The notes below the pieces were generated by a model. That model was not told the origin of the DNA. It saw only the letters and a list, made by a program, of their open reading frames with translations, and did not search any database. A DNA stretch of 64,000 nucleotides from an uncultured Actinomycetes bacterium (GTDB lineage Bacteria > Actinomycetota > UBA4738 > HRBIN12), in assembly GCA_963704885.1 (NCBI GenBank), contig CAVPIB010000004.1, positions 544,001 to 608,000 on the forward strand. The letters run 5' to 3'. Shown here in pieces: positions 49,632 through 59,551 of this stretch. A program made the translations under genes and the position numbers. Each line of letters opens with the position of its first letter. The stretch's first letter is position 1.

Positions 49632-50578
49632 CCTCCGAAGATCGCGGGCAGCACCGCACCCTGGCCGAACAGGAACAGGATGCCCATCACCAAGCTCATG
49701 ACCGCCGTTATGACCGCGATCGATACGTAGACCTTCCAGTTCTCTGAAGCCTTGAGGAACCCGGCGGCCGAGCCGAACGTGATCAGCGAGTTGGAGGTGA
49801 GGAGGCCGATGATGAAGGCGGCGAGCACCGCTTCTCCAACGACCTTCCCTCCGGCGCCGGCAGCCGCCAGGAAGATGACGATCTGCGTGGGCGTCTCCGC
49901 GCCGACCCCGTGGACCATCCCGACGATGAACGCGGTTCTCCTGCCGTAGTTCATGAAAGCGTCGTCGGGTTCCGGGTGCTTGTGGTGGTGGTGTCCCGGA
50001 CGCCCGTGATGGCCGTGATGCCAATCCGACACCGGGATGTCTTCAGCCACAGCGACCGCGATCGACCCAGTCTCGTCCTCAACACCTGACGTGCCATGCA
50101 CGTGGACCGGCTCTCGGTCGTGGGCGTCCTCGCGTGACCCGCTGACCCGCCGGTAGGCGTTCCTGACACCCGAGAAGATCAACATCCATCGGCTTCGGAG
50201 CCGGAACTCCCGGCCGTGCCGGGCGAGCGAGACGAATACGAATACACCCAGGACGATGAGCGTCACGCCGACGATCCGCTCCATCACGTTATCGACCGAT
50301 TCCGGGAGCCTTTCGCCGAGCAGGATCGCCGCCGTACCGATCAGGAAGACCACGAGCGCATGGCCGAGCGCATACAGGGTGCCGAAGAACATGGCGCTTC
50401 GGCGATCATCCTGCGAGCCCGCGATGTCGGTGATCGCGGCGATGTGATCCCAGTCGATCCCGTGCCTGAAGCCGAAGAAGAAGGCAGACAGGATCACACC
50501 GATGCCGAACGTCGTATCGGCGGTGGCCGCGATGATCCCGAACGTTCCCAAGGTCAGCATCCAACCATCTTCTGCCAT
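49628..50578 (-). CDS. NiCoT/HoxN-type high-affinity nickel/cobalt transporter
   Basis: RHGIDWDHI signature, GH in the next TM, His-rich loop HHGHHGRPGHHHHKH, GMVHGVGAET; exact start uncertain. Confidence 0.88.
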   Translation of the reverse strand: MAEDGWMLTLGTFGIIAATADTTFGIGVILSAFFFGFRHGIDWDHIAAITDIAGSQDDRRSAMFFGTLYALGHALVVFLIGTAAILLGERLPESVDNVMERIVGVTLIVLGVFVFVSLARHGREFRLRSRWMLIFSGVRNAYRRVSGSREDAHDREPVHVHGTSGVEDETGSIAVAVAEDIPVSDWHHGHHGRPGHHHHKHPEPDDAFMNYGRRTAFIVGMVHGVGAETPTQIVIFLAAAGAGGKVVGEAVLAAFIIGLLTSNSLITFGSAAGFLKASENWKVYVSIAVITAVMSLVMGILFLFGQGAVLPAIFGG

Positions 50579-50629
50579 GGATGGCAATTGCAGTCTGCGG
50601 CAACTGATACACAGACGTCGGTGGTCACG

Positions 50630-52279
50630 TCAGAAGCGTGGGGTCTCTCGGTACGCGCCCCACTCCCGGGTAAGAGCGCCCATGATCTCCCCCTCCGTAC
50701 AGAGGGTTCGCGCGCAGACCACGAGCGCTTCCACCAGGTTGGCGTCGGTTCCAGCGGCAACGACGAGCGCGTCGAGCGCGTCGCGAGCCGCATCTCCGTC
50801 GCGGGAGGAGCGCACCTCCTGGAGCGTCTCCAGCTGTCGTCGCTCGACGTCGGGGCCGATCACCAGCGTGTCTACGACCTGCTCATGATCGTCCACGAAC
50901 GCGGTCACACCGACCTTCGTGAGATCCTCCGCCTCGAAGCGTCGCTGTTCTTCGAAGGCGGAGTCCGCGATCGCCTGCTGGAACCAACCGCTCTCGATCC
51001 CGGTGAGCACCCCTTCCAGCATGGAACCCTGCCCCATCGCATCGATCTTCTGGAAGATCTCCTCGGCGAGTGACTCCATCCGGTCGGTGAGCGACTCGAC
51101 GAAGTACGAGCCGCCGAGCGGATCGGTCACATCGGGGACGCCGGACTCGTAGGCGATCACCTGCTGTGTCCGCAAGGCGATCTTCGCCGCGTCCTCAGTC
51201 GGCAGCGCCAGGACCTCGTCGAGCGCGTTCGTGTGGAGCGATTGCGTGCCCCCCATGACCGCAGCCAACGCCTCAAGCGCCGTCCGAACGATGTTGTTCA
51301 TAGGTTGTTGGGCGGTCAGCGACACACCTGCGGTCTGGGTATGGAACCGAAGCCGCATGGCGTTCTCGTCCGCGGCCCCGTACCTGTCCTTCAGCCAGCG
51401 GCTCCAGATCCGACGCGCCGCCCGATACTTGGCGACCTCTTCGAAGACGTCGACGTGGGCGTTGAAGAAGAACGAGAGGCCGGAGGCGAACCGGTCGACG
51501 TCCAACCCACGCTGCTGTCCGAGCTCGATGTAGGCGAACCCATCGGCGAGCGTGAACGCGAGCTCCTGGGCCGCGGTCGCCCCCGCCTCGCGGATGTGAT
51601 AGCCGCTCACGCTGATCGGGTGCCACTTCGGGGTGTGTTCCATGCAGAACTCCATCAGGTCGCCGATCAGCCGCAGGTGAGGCCTCGGCGGGAAGATCCA
51701 TTCCTTCTGGGCGATGTACTCCTTGAAGATGTCGGTCTGCAGCGTGCCGTCCAAGCGGTCCCACGGCACACCTTGCTGTTCGGCGGTCGCCAGGTAGAAC
51801 GCGAATAGCACGACGGCCGGACCGCTTATCGTCATCGACGTTGAGATGTCGCCGAGCGGGATGCCGTCGAACAGGGTAGCGAAGTCATCCAAGGTGTCTG
51901 TCGCCACGCCGCAGCGACCGACCTCGCCCTCGGAGCGCGGGTCGTCCGAGTCCAGGCCCATCAGGGTCGGCAGATCGAAAGCCACGGAGAGACCGCCCTG
52001 TCCCCGTTCCAACAGGAACCGGTATCGCTCGTTCGTCTCGGCCGCCGATCCGAACCCTGCGAACTGACGCATGGTCCAAAGGCGTCCCCGGTACATCGAC
52101 GGGTAGACACCCCGGGTGAACGGGTACGTCCCCGGTTTGCCGAGCGCCGATCCGGGATCGAAGCCCGCCAGGTCGTTCGGGCCGTAAGAGGGCTTGAGCG
52201 GCTCACCGGAGAGCGTCGTGAACGATCCGGGGGGGTCAACGGCTGGTTCGGTTGGTTCGACTGGCTCGCCCACCGGCAC
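50630..52279 (-). CDS. icmA: B12-dependent acyl-CoA mutase large subunit, isobutyryl-CoA mutase type
   Basis: RQFAGF and QTDIFKEYIAQKE (Phe/Gln where MCM has Tyr/Arg); no B12-binding domain. Confidence 0.85.
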   Translation of the reverse strand: MPVGEPVEPTEPAVDPPGSFTTLSGEPLKPSYGPNDLAGFDPGSALGKPGTYPFTRGVYPSMYRGRLWTMRQFAGFGSAAETNERYRFLLERGQGGLSVAFDLPTLMGLDSDDPRSEGEVGRCGVATDTLDDFATLFDGIPLGDISTSMTISGPAVVLFAFYLATAEQQGVPWDRLDGTLQTDIFKEYIAQKEWIFPPRPHLRLIGDLMEFCMEHTPKWHPISVSGYHIREAGATAAQELAFTLADGFAYIELGQQRGLDVDRFASGLSFFFNAHVDVFEEVAKYRAARRIWSRWLKDRYGAADENAMRLRFHTQTAGVSLTAQQPMNNIVRTALEALAAVMGGTQSLHTNALDEVLALPTEDAAKIALRTQQVIAYESGVPDVTDPLGGSYFVESLTDRMESLAEEIFQKIDAMGQGSMLEGVLTGIESGWFQQAIADSAFEEQRRFEAEDLTKVGVTAFVDDHEQVVDTLVIGPDVERRQLETLQEVRSSRDGDAARDALDALVVAAGTDANLVEALVVCARTLCTEGEIMGALTREWGAYRETPRF

Positions 52280-52299
52280 CGTTCGGGATCGGGCCGCCG

Positions 52300-53244
52300 C
52301 TACTCGGGCTCGGCGGCGGTCTGATCGTCCAGCATAGCTGCGGCTCGGTACGGGTCGATGCGACGGGCCTCGAGCTCGCCGCCGAGTGACCCGTCGGCGG
52401 CGAGGACGGCCTCCGCACGAGCACGGAAGCGCTCCGCCGCCAGGCTCTCGACCTCGCGGAGCAACCGGAAGCGCCGTTTCGACACCAGCTCGCCGGACGT
52501 ACGGAGGTGGTCGCGGTGCACCGTGATGGCCGAGAGCAGCTCGTCGATCCCCTCCCGCTCGGTCGCGGACGTCTGCAGGACGGGTGGATCCCACTCGCGA
52601 GCGGCACCCAAGTGCAGCATCTGTCGCAGCTCGCGGACGACTTCGCTGGCACCTCCCCGGTCGGCCTTGTTCACTACGAAGACATCTGCAACCTCCAGGA
52701 TGCCCGCCTTCGCCATCTGGACGGCGTCCCCCATGCCGGGCGCCAGCACCACAACAGCGGTGTCGGTGGCCGCCGCCACGTCGACCTCCGCCTGACCCAC
52801 GCCGACCGTCTCGACGACGATCTCGTCGTATCCGGCGGCGTCCAGGACCCGGACCGCCTCCGGAGCGGCCAGCGCCATGCCGCCCAGGTGTCCGCGCGTC
52901 GCCATGGAGCGGATGAACACCCCCGGATCCGTCGCGTGCTCCTGCATCCGAACCCGATCGCCCAGGAGCGCACCCCCCGTGTATGGCGACGTGGGGTCGA
53001 TGGCGAGGACCGCGACCGACCGGCCCCCTTCGCGCTCGGCCCGGACGAGCTCTGTCGCCAGGGTGGATTTCCCCACGCCGGGCGCGCCGGTCAGCCCGAT
53101 AGTGGCAGCTCGACCGGTACTGGCGTAGATGCCCGCGGAGAGGGCCTCGAGCTCGGGACGGCCGTCCTCCACGAGCGAGATCGCGCGGGCGACCGCCCGC
53201 CGGTCCCCGGCCAGCACGCCGGCCACGATCGCTTCCACATCCAC
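52300..53244 (-). CDS. meaB: Mutase-associated GTPase metallochaperone
   Basis: GLTGAPGVGKST, DPTSP-GGALLGDRVRM, ETVGVGQ, NKAD; GTG 53244 7 nt after TAGGCT. Confidence 0.95.
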   Translation of the reverse strand: MDVEAIVAGVLAGDRRAVARAISLVEDGRPELEALSAGIYASTGRAATIGLTGAPGVGKSTLATELVRAEREGGRSVAVLAIDPTSPYTGGALLGDRVRMQEHATDPGVFIRSMATRGHLGGMALAAPEAVRVLDAAGYDEIVVETVGVGQAEVDVAAATDTAVVVLAPGMGDAVQMAKAGILEVADVFVVNKADRGGASEVVRELRQMLHLGAAREWDPPVLQTSATEREGIDELLSAITVHRDHLRTSGELVSKRRFRLLREVESLAAERFRARAEAVLAADGSLGGELEARRIDPYRAAAMLDDQTAAEPE

Positions 53245-53254
53245 GTCGGGCAGC

Positions 53255-54463
53255 CTAGCGGTCACCGGCCTCCGCCGGAGCGGCCCCCGGGATGGCGCGA
53301 AGGGCGTCGCGTAGAGAACCGCAGTAAGCGCGCTGCTCCAAGAGCGCCGGATCACCGTCGGGCACCTTCGAGCGAACCATCGCTAGGTTCACCTGCTCGC
53401 GTTGGAGGCGGCGGAGCAGTCCGGCGGCCCCCCCGCCGGCACGGCGGCGCATGTCGCGGGCTGCGGCGCGCCGGCGACGTGGCTCCCCCAGAACGGCGAG
53501 CTCGTCGGCGGACACGCCCAAGCTCCCCACCTCGCCATCCAGAGCCGCCGCGAGCCACCTGTGTTCACGTCTGCGCGACAGCACCACGGCCAAGCCCACG
53601 AACACCAGTAGCGGGAGTCCCTTCGCGGTGGTGGCGACCGGGATCATCATCCATCCGGCGCCGGTCACGGCACCGTCCGGGAACAGGTCGAGGAGGGGTG
53701 AGTTCCATAGGAAATGACCGAGGACGGCTACGGCGGAGAGCCCGACCACAACGGCGACACGCCGACCGAGGGAACGGCGCTCGCGTCGTGAAACGAAGTA
53801 TCCGATGCCCATCCCGACCAAGGCCGTGTACAGCACATGCGAGTAGAGGCCACTCGCAACGACGCGGACGAAGAACCCCTGGAGCACACCGGCCGGACTG
53901 CCACCGAAGACCCCCATGAAGTAGAAGACGTCCTCAACCACTGCGAACCCCAGCCCGCAGACGGCCCCATAGACGAAGCCGTCCATCATGTCGTCGATCT
54001 CGTCGACCGCGATCAGAGAGATCAGGACGACGCCTAGTCCCTTGAGCGTCTCCTCCACGATCGGAGCCGTTAGCGCCGAGGTCCATCGAGCCGCGAACTC
54101 CGGGCCACCGATCTGCGCGACGACCAATCCCCATCCGTCGTTCGCGAATCCGGACAGCGTGGTCGCGGCGATGCCACCCCACATGAGCGCGCCCAGCACC
54201 AGCGAGATCGGTTCACGCTCGTAGAGATCCAGGAGGTAGACCAATACGAACACCGGCAGGGCGTAGAGCAGGAGGAGACCCCACGACAACCCCCAGCCGG
54301 CTGGCGAGATCCGCCTGAACGCACTTTGCTCCCCCACCAGCACGATCCCGGTGATGAGCATGACGCCGGCATAGAGCCAGAAGGCGGGGCGCCGCGGCTG
54401 GAAGAGCCTGCTCTCGTGCAGAGGGGATCGGCGGCGCCCGCGCGGTGCGGCGACGGAGCTCAA
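53255..54463 (-). CDS. PrsW family intramembrane metalloprotease
   Basis: DLYEREP, APIVEETLKG, DGFVYG, GFAVVED, HVLYT, HFLWN; TTGA coupling at 54463. Confidence 0.88.
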   Translation of the reverse strand: MSSVAAPRGRRRSPLHESRLFQPRRPAFWLYAGVMLITGIVLVGEQSAFRRISPAGWGLSWGLLLLYALPVFVLVYLLDLYEREPISLVLGALMWGGIAATTLSGFANDGWGLVVAQIGGPEFAARWTSALTAPIVEETLKGLGVVLISLIAVDEIDDMMDGFVYGAVCGLGFAVVEDVFYFMGVFGGSPAGVLQGFFVRVVASGLYSHVLYTALVGMGIGYFVSRRERRSLGRRVAVVVGLSAVAVLGHFLWNSPLLDLFPDGAVTGAGWMMIPVATTAKGLPLLVFVGLAVVLSRRREHRWLAAALDGEVGSLGVSADELAVLGEPRRRRAAARDMRRRAGGGAAGLLRRLQREQVNLAMVRSKVPDGDPALLEQRAYCGSLRDALRAIPGAAPAEAGDR

Positions 54464-55083
54464 CCGGCAGCCACCTCGGCGAGATCGATCATGGTCTCGA
54501 TGTCCGAACGTACGAAGGAGAGCGCGCCCGCGGGCGCCCACGCGTCGAACACCACTCCGTCGCCCGAAGCGGCCACGATCACCACGACCTCGCCCTCGAT
54601 CGATGTGCCGGTCCCGGCCACCACCCCTACGTATCCGAACCGCACGCCCTCCGCTCCCGAGGCGAGCCTGACCGCTTGCGGCCGAGACACCGAGAGCCGG
54701 CTCAGTTGGCCTGACAACAGATCGGCGTATCCGCGCGCGAGCGATCCAGCGTCCTCCCGAGGGCCTCCGAAGGCCGCGACGACCAGGTTCCCGCTGCCTC
54801 GCGTGAGATGGACGAACTGCCCACCGGCCATCTCTCCCCGACCGGCGAGGGCCCATCCCGAGAGCGGCCGCACACGCACGACGCCCGCGACGTCCACGGC
54901 CGACCCGGAGGGCTCTGACAGCGCGTCCGCCGTCACATAGCCGCCCAGCACGACCGTGACGATCACCCCTAGGACGGCGAGCGTGGCCAAGCCGCCGCGT
55001 GACGGGCGCCTCGAGCCCGCGGGCCGGTCGGGCCGGGTGGGAGGTGTGGTGGTGGACGGCGGAAATCCCTGCACCCCGGTCAC
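54460..55083 (-). CDS. Single-pass membrane hypothetical protein
   Basis: Pro-rich N-terminus, one TM, extracytoplasmic domain; coupled on both sides. Confidence 0.7.
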   Translation of the reverse strand: MTGVQGFPPSTTTPPTRPDRPAGSRRPSRGGLATLAVLGVIVTVVLGGYVTADALSEPSGSAVDVAGVVRVRPLSGWALAGRGEMAGGQFVHLTRGSGNLVVAAFGGPREDAGSLARGYADLLSGQLSRLSVSRPQAVRLASGAEGVRFGYVGVVAGTGTSIEGEVVVIVAASGDGVVFDAWAPAGALSFVRSDIETMIDLAEVAAG

Positions 55084-55493
55084 ACCACCGACAGGAGCGA
55101 GGCGAGGCGGGCCATCCTTCGCGGGTGGCGAAGACTGCCTCGGATCCGCATGCGCCGGCTGAGGACGTCGCCCAGAACGGTTCGTCCGCGAGGATCGAGG
55201 ACATCCGGTAGACCGAACCGCAAGGGAGCGGTCGTCAGGTCAAGCAGGCGTGCGGAGTCCGAGATGACCATAACGTGGGCATCGTCCGCCAGGCCGTCGG
55301 AGATCTCTACACGTCCGGGAGAGATCCGGATGGTGACCGACACTTCCGCATCGGTCGCGCTCAGACATGCGACCGAGGGCCGCAGCAGGCGACGCCTCGA
55401 AGGGTCGCGCTCCAGGTTCTGCTCGATCAGCATGCCGACCATCACCGCGAGGCCGCTCACCTCGTCCACGCCTTCGATGTGAACCAGCGTCAC
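55080..55493 (-). CDS. Hypothetical protein, SCP2-like fold possible
   Basis: 137 aa, coupled by GTGA overlaps; ADDAHVMVIS and MRIRG pattern reminiscent of SCP2. Confidence 0.6.
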   Translation of the reverse strand: MTLVHIEGVDEVSGLAVMVGMLIEQNLERDPSRRRLLRPSVACLSATDAEVSVTIRISPGRVEISDGLADDAHVMVISDSARLLDLTTAPLRFGLPDVLDPRGRTVLGDVLSRRMRIRGSLRHPRRMARLASLLSVV

Positions 55494-56530
55494 GGTATCA
55501 GCACGACCTTGGTGGCTTCGCGCCTATCGAAGATCGCATAGCCCTCGGCTGCGTCCTCGAGAGGTAACCGATGCGAGATCAGCGGCATCGGGTCGATGCG
55601 TCCAGACCGTACCTCCTCCATCGCGCGCGCCCACCACGCGTGGACCGGGCAGATGCCGGCGAACCGAACGGTCAAGGCGCGCGCCCAGTAGACCCCGAGC
55701 TGCACGTCGACCGATTCCCCGGCGTACACGCCGACCACCACGACCCTTCCGCCCCGGCGCACGATCTCGACGGCGCTCTCGAAGGCGGCGGTGGACCCGA
55801 CGGCCTCGATAACGACGTCGGCTCCTCGTCCGTCGGTGTTCTCGGCGAGCGCGGTTCCCGGATGACGTTCCCGGATGTCGACCGGCTCGGCCCCGACGCT
55901 GGCGGCGAGCTCCAGCCTAGATGACTCCCTATCGATCGCGAACACCCGGCCGGCGCCCGCCCCCCGGGCGGCCTGGACACAGAACCAGCCGACCGGACCA
56001 CATCCGAGCACGGCGACCACGTCGTTCGGTCGGATGGCGGCGATCGACGCGGCGTAGACGCCAGTGGTTAGGACGTCGCCCACGAACAGCGCCCGCTCGT
56101 CGTCGACGTCGTCGGGGATATGCAGCAGGTTGACGTCGGCGGTCGGAACGCGCACGTGGCTCGCCTGGGCTCCCGGCAGGTCACCGCCGAAGACCCCTGC
56201 GCCGAGGTTCCGGAAACCCTCACAGAGCTGCGTCTCGCCGCGCAGGCAGAACCAGCACGATCCGCAGGCGATGTTGAATGCCACGACCACGCGTTCGCCC
56301 GGCGTGAACCGCATGACGTCGGCACCGATCGACTCCACGATGCCGACGGCCTCATGGCCCATCACATCGCCGGGCTCGAGCGGCGCCTTGCCGTGGAAGA
56401 AGTGCAGGTCCGATCCGCAGATGGCGGTACGCGTCACCCGCACCACGGCGTCGCCCGGCTGCTGAACGACGGGCGCGGGAGCATCGGCCAGCAGGACCCT
56501 CCCGACCTCGTCGAAGACGACCGCCCGCAC
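55490..56530 (-). CDS. Zinc-dependent alcohol dehydrogenase (FDH-like MDR)
   Basis: ICGSDLH, GHEAVG, C-xx-C-xx-C-x7-C, GCGPVG. Confidence 0.93.
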   Translation of the reverse strand: MRAVVFDEVGRVLLADAPAPVVQQPGDAVVRVTRTAICGSDLHFFHGKAPLEPGDVMGHEAVGIVESIGADVMRFTPGERVVVAFNIACGSCWFCLRGETQLCEGFRNLGAGVFGGDLPGAQASHVRVPTADVNLLHIPDDVDDERALFVGDVLTTGVYAASIAAIRPNDVVAVLGCGPVGWFCVQAARGAGAGRVFAIDRESSRLELAASVGAEPVDIRERHPGTALAENTDGRGADVVIEAVGSTAAFESAVEIVRRGGRVVVVGVYAGESVDVQLGVYWARALTVRFAGICPVHAWWARAMEEVRSGRIDPMPLISHRLPLEDAAEGYAIFDRREATKVVLIP

Positions 56531-56534
56531 GACG

Positions 56535-56960
56535 TCAGTTCCCGTCGGGGAACTCGGTGTCGATCGTGCCCGTGAGGTAGACGAGCTCGTTGGCCGCGTT
56601 CACGTAGCGGATGATCGTCGGGAGATCACCCCTCACCTTCAGCTTGCCCTGCATCATCCCGCGGACGGCGAGCAGGTCGCCTTCCAGCACCTCGCGCCAT
56701 CGGGAGTACGGTGCGCTGATCACGTACTGACACGCAGCCCCTGCTTCCGCGTCGATGATCCCTCCGGACCGGCACTTCCCGTGCCAAAGGTCGAGCCAGG
56801 CCCAGACCGTCTCGGGCACGCCCTTGTCCGGCTCCGCCTCGATCTGGAAGGCGACGCCACCCTCCCATCCGGCAGCCGCCTCCTGGTACCGCTCCGAGGC
56901 GTTGATCGCCGCGATGAAGTCTTGGAACCAGGGGTCGGTCGGGAACCTGGGCATGTCCAC
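56535..56960 (-). CDS. SCP2 sterol/lipid-binding domain protein
   Basis: AAAGWEG, LDLWHGKC, MMQGKLKVRGDL; start 56960 or 56954. Confidence 0.82.
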   Translation of the reverse strand: MDMPRFPTDPWFQDFIAAINASERYQEAAAGWEGGVAFQIEAEPDKGVPETVWAWLDLWHGKCRSGGIIDAEAGAACQYVISAPYSRWREVLEGDLLAVRGMMQGKLKVRGDLPTIIRYVNAANELVYLTGTIDTEFPDGN

Positions 56961-57008
56961 TCCCCCTCCACGCGGACGCAGACCACAGCATACGGAGCAC
57001 TCAGGCCG

Positions 57009-57800
57009 CTACCGCGCGACGGCCAGGATCGTCACGACGCCCACGATGTTGAAGACCACGTGAGCAGCCGCCGGCGCGACGATGGTGCCGCGCCGCTCGT
57101 AGATCCAGGCGAATCCGAGACCCGTGAAGACCATGGTGACCTGCAGGAGTAGAGCCTGGATGGCAGGAGCCGGCACGTAGTGGACCAGACCGAACGGGAT
57201 CGCGGAGGCGAGGGCCGCCGGCCAGAACCCGTGGCGATCACGAACGGAGCGGAACAGCACGCCGCGGAAGAAGAACTCCTCGCTTACAGGCGCCACGACG
57301 GCCGCCAGGAGCACTAGCAGGACGCTCGCCACAGGCGAGAGGCCGGGGGCGACCTGCTCGGGTAGGGCCACGTCGTGTCCGCTCACCTGCTGGAACAACA
57401 CCTGGATCGCACCGCTGACCAAGCCGACCGCGGGAACCATGATCGCTCCGGCGATCGCACCGAAGAGAAGGTGGCGACCGAGGCGCGGCCGTTCGGGTAA
57501 CAACACCATCGCTTCCCGCCACTCCCTGTGCCATCGGGAGAGCCAGGCCACCAAGATCCCGGTTATGACCACATCCGCGACGATCGTGGCGATGATCTCG
57601 GATCGCCCGATCGCTCCGTCCAAGGTGGTGTCCCCCAGCGCCAAGATGATCGGCAAGCTGGCCAGGCCTCCACCCAGGAACGCCAGGAAGTAGACCCCGA
57701 CCGCCTCGAACCATCCCCACGTAGAACGGACGCGGGCATCCGCGGGGCGGGGGTCCACGGGGACGCCCGAGTCGGGTCGAGGGGGGATCGCTGTGCTCAC
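57009..57800 (-). CDS. CPBP (CAAX/Abi) intramembrane metalloprotease
   Basis: EEFFFRG, FGLVH, HVVFN; GTGA coupling at 57800. Confidence 0.92.
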   Translation of the reverse strand: MSTAIPPRPDSGVPVDPRPADARVRSTWGWFEAVGVYFLAFLGGGLASLPIILALGDTTLDGAIGRSEIIATIVADVVITGILVAWLSRWHREWREAMVLLPERPRLGRHLLFGAIAGAIMVPAVGLVSGAIQVLFQQVSGHDVALPEQVAPGLSPVASVLLVLLAAVVAPVSEEFFFRGVLFRSVRDRHGFWPAALASAIPFGLVHYVPAPAIQALLLQVTMVFTGLGFAWIYERRGTIVAPAAAHVVFNIVGVVTILAVAR

Positions 57801-59551
57801 GCTTCCCCCATGATGTCGTTCCTCCGCAGTAACGACACGAACAGCAGGGCCCCGAGCGATGTCGTGAACCCCTCGCCGATCGCGGCAGCGCCGGAGTCGT
57901 TCGTGAGGTAGGCCACGACGCTGCCGAGCACGATCGCGAGGAGGGCGCTTCGCCACACGGGTGCTTCGTCGAAAGTGATGCGGATCGACACCGGCGGTCG
58001 GAGGACGGCGACGAGCGTCAACAGGACACCGACCACGGGAGCCAGCGCGAACGGGTTCGCTGCGATCAGGTCGGTACCCACCTGCAGGCGATCCACCAGC
58101 TTGTCCCAGATGCCGGCGATGCCGCCCGTGTCTTCGGAGAAACGAGCGATGTGCGTGGAGACAGAACCGAGGTAGCGGTGGGCGACCACGACGAGCGCGG
58201 TGCCGACCAGGACGGCCGCGAGTGCGGCCGACGCCGTGCGGAGCCGTCCCACGCCACCGCGCAGTCCCCACCAGATGCCTGCAGCGGCGAAGAGCGTAGC
58301 CGCCCCGCCCATGTTCGATCCCGTCCAGGGCAGACCGGCGAAGAGCCCCGTCGCCGCGATCAGCACGCTGCCCGCGGCCCTCGGCAGTCGCTGGGCGACG
58401 TAGATCGAGCCTCCCAGTAGCAGGCCGATGAATGCGTTGGGCAAACCGAAGAACCGTCCACCGTCGAGCTGCGATCCGCCAAGGAGCGGCGTGAGCGCCG
58501 CCGGCCAACCCAGGATCGCTTCGATCGCGAGTGCGGCGAGCAAGAGGGCGCCGGCCACCGCAACGGCCACGAGCGTTCCTCTGCGCCGCGCCACCGGCGC
58601 GAGCGCGAGGGTGGGCAGCGCTGTCGCGGCGCTCACGAACGGGATCACGGTGACGTACGTCAACGACGCGAGGTGTCCGACCAGCAGGAGCGAGAGCGCC
58701 AGGAACGGAAAGGAGATCGCGATCCAGGCGCAGGCCGACCGAAGCCATCGGGGAGATCTGTCCCGCAACAACGCCCAGAGCGCGAGCAACCCGACGGCCG
58801 TGACGAAGAGCGCTGCGGCCGTTCCGATCGGGACGGTCAGGCGCTTGGACTGGAGATAGCGCGTGTGGAGGTCGATCGGCGGTGGCTCGCCGAGGACGCG
58901 GATCCGCTCCCCGTCTGGTGCGTGTTCGAGTCCTTCGATGCCTGCGTATCCGATCGCGGTTTCGGCGAGGTCGCCGCTGGTCACAACGCCTACCCGGCGT
59001 GTCGAGTCCGAGGTAAGGGTGTGCGATGCCGCGGCCGACACCGTTCGCATCGCGGTCGCGAGTTCCGCCGGCGCCCCCTCAGCCATGACGATCGCGCCAA
59101 GGTGGTCGCCGGCGTCCTCGTTCACGGCTGGGGGGGAGCTCGATGCGACGATGACAAGGGTGTGCTCGGCCTCCGACGCATCGAGAGCAGCTATGACCTC
59201 GCCGGCTGCACCTTTGCACAACAGCGACGAAGTACGGCCATCAGCTGCTGCCATCGACCCCAGGTCGGTAACGAGGATCTGGGCGGACAGGTCGATCCGT
59301 GGCCCGGGTAATGACCGAAGGGCAGCCGCGGCACCATCTGGCCCGCCGACGATCAGAAGCGCGGCGCCCCCGGTCTGCGCCAAGCCATCGAAACCCGGCG
59401 TTTCGAGCAGCACCTCGAGCGCCACATCGTCCACCTTGAACACCAGTACCTCACGTCCGGAGGGTTCGACCTGCGCCGAGGCGGATGTCGCCGAGAGCGA
59501 ACACCACGCGACGAGCGAGCCGACGAGGAGGCTGCGGAGCGGATGCCTCAC
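57797..59551 (-). CDS. Polytopic membrane protein with exported N-terminal domain, unknown function
   Basis: Signal peptide, then many TM segments with [18 protein letters not shown] and NDSG motifs; GTGA coupling to murA. Confidence 0.75.
   Translation of the reverse strand: MRHPLRSLLVGSLVAWCSLSATSASAQVEPSGREVLVFKVDDVALEVLLETPGFDGLAQTGGAALLIVGGPDGAAAALRSLPGPRIDLSAQILVTDLGSMAAADGRTSSLLCKGAAGEVIAALDASEAEHTLVIVASSSPPAVNEDAGDHLGAIVMAEGAPAELATAMRTVSAAASHTLTSDSTRRVGVVTSGDLAETAIGYAGIEGLEHAPDGERIRVLGEPPPIDLHTRYLQSKRLTVPIGTAAALFVTAVGLLALWALLRDRSPRWLRSACAWIAISFPFLALSLLLVGHLASLTYVTVIPFVSAATALPTLALAPVARRRGTLVAVAVAGALLLAALAIEAILGWPAALTPLLGGSQLDGGRFFGLPNAFIGLLLGGSIYVAQRLPRAAGSVLIAATGLFAGLPWTGSNMGGAATLFAAAGIWWGLRGGVGRLRTASAALAAVLVGTALVVVAHRYLGSVSTHIARFSEDTGGIAGIWDKLVDRLQVGTDLIAANPFALAPVVGVLLTLVAVLRPPVSIRITFDEAPVWRSALLAIVLGSVVAYLTNDSGAAAIGEGFTTSLGALLFVSLLRRNDIMGEA

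Noticed and set aside
50588-50629. Cobalamin or NiCo riboswitch ahead of the NiCoT gene
   Set aside because: Gap too short and no recognisable riboswitch motifs
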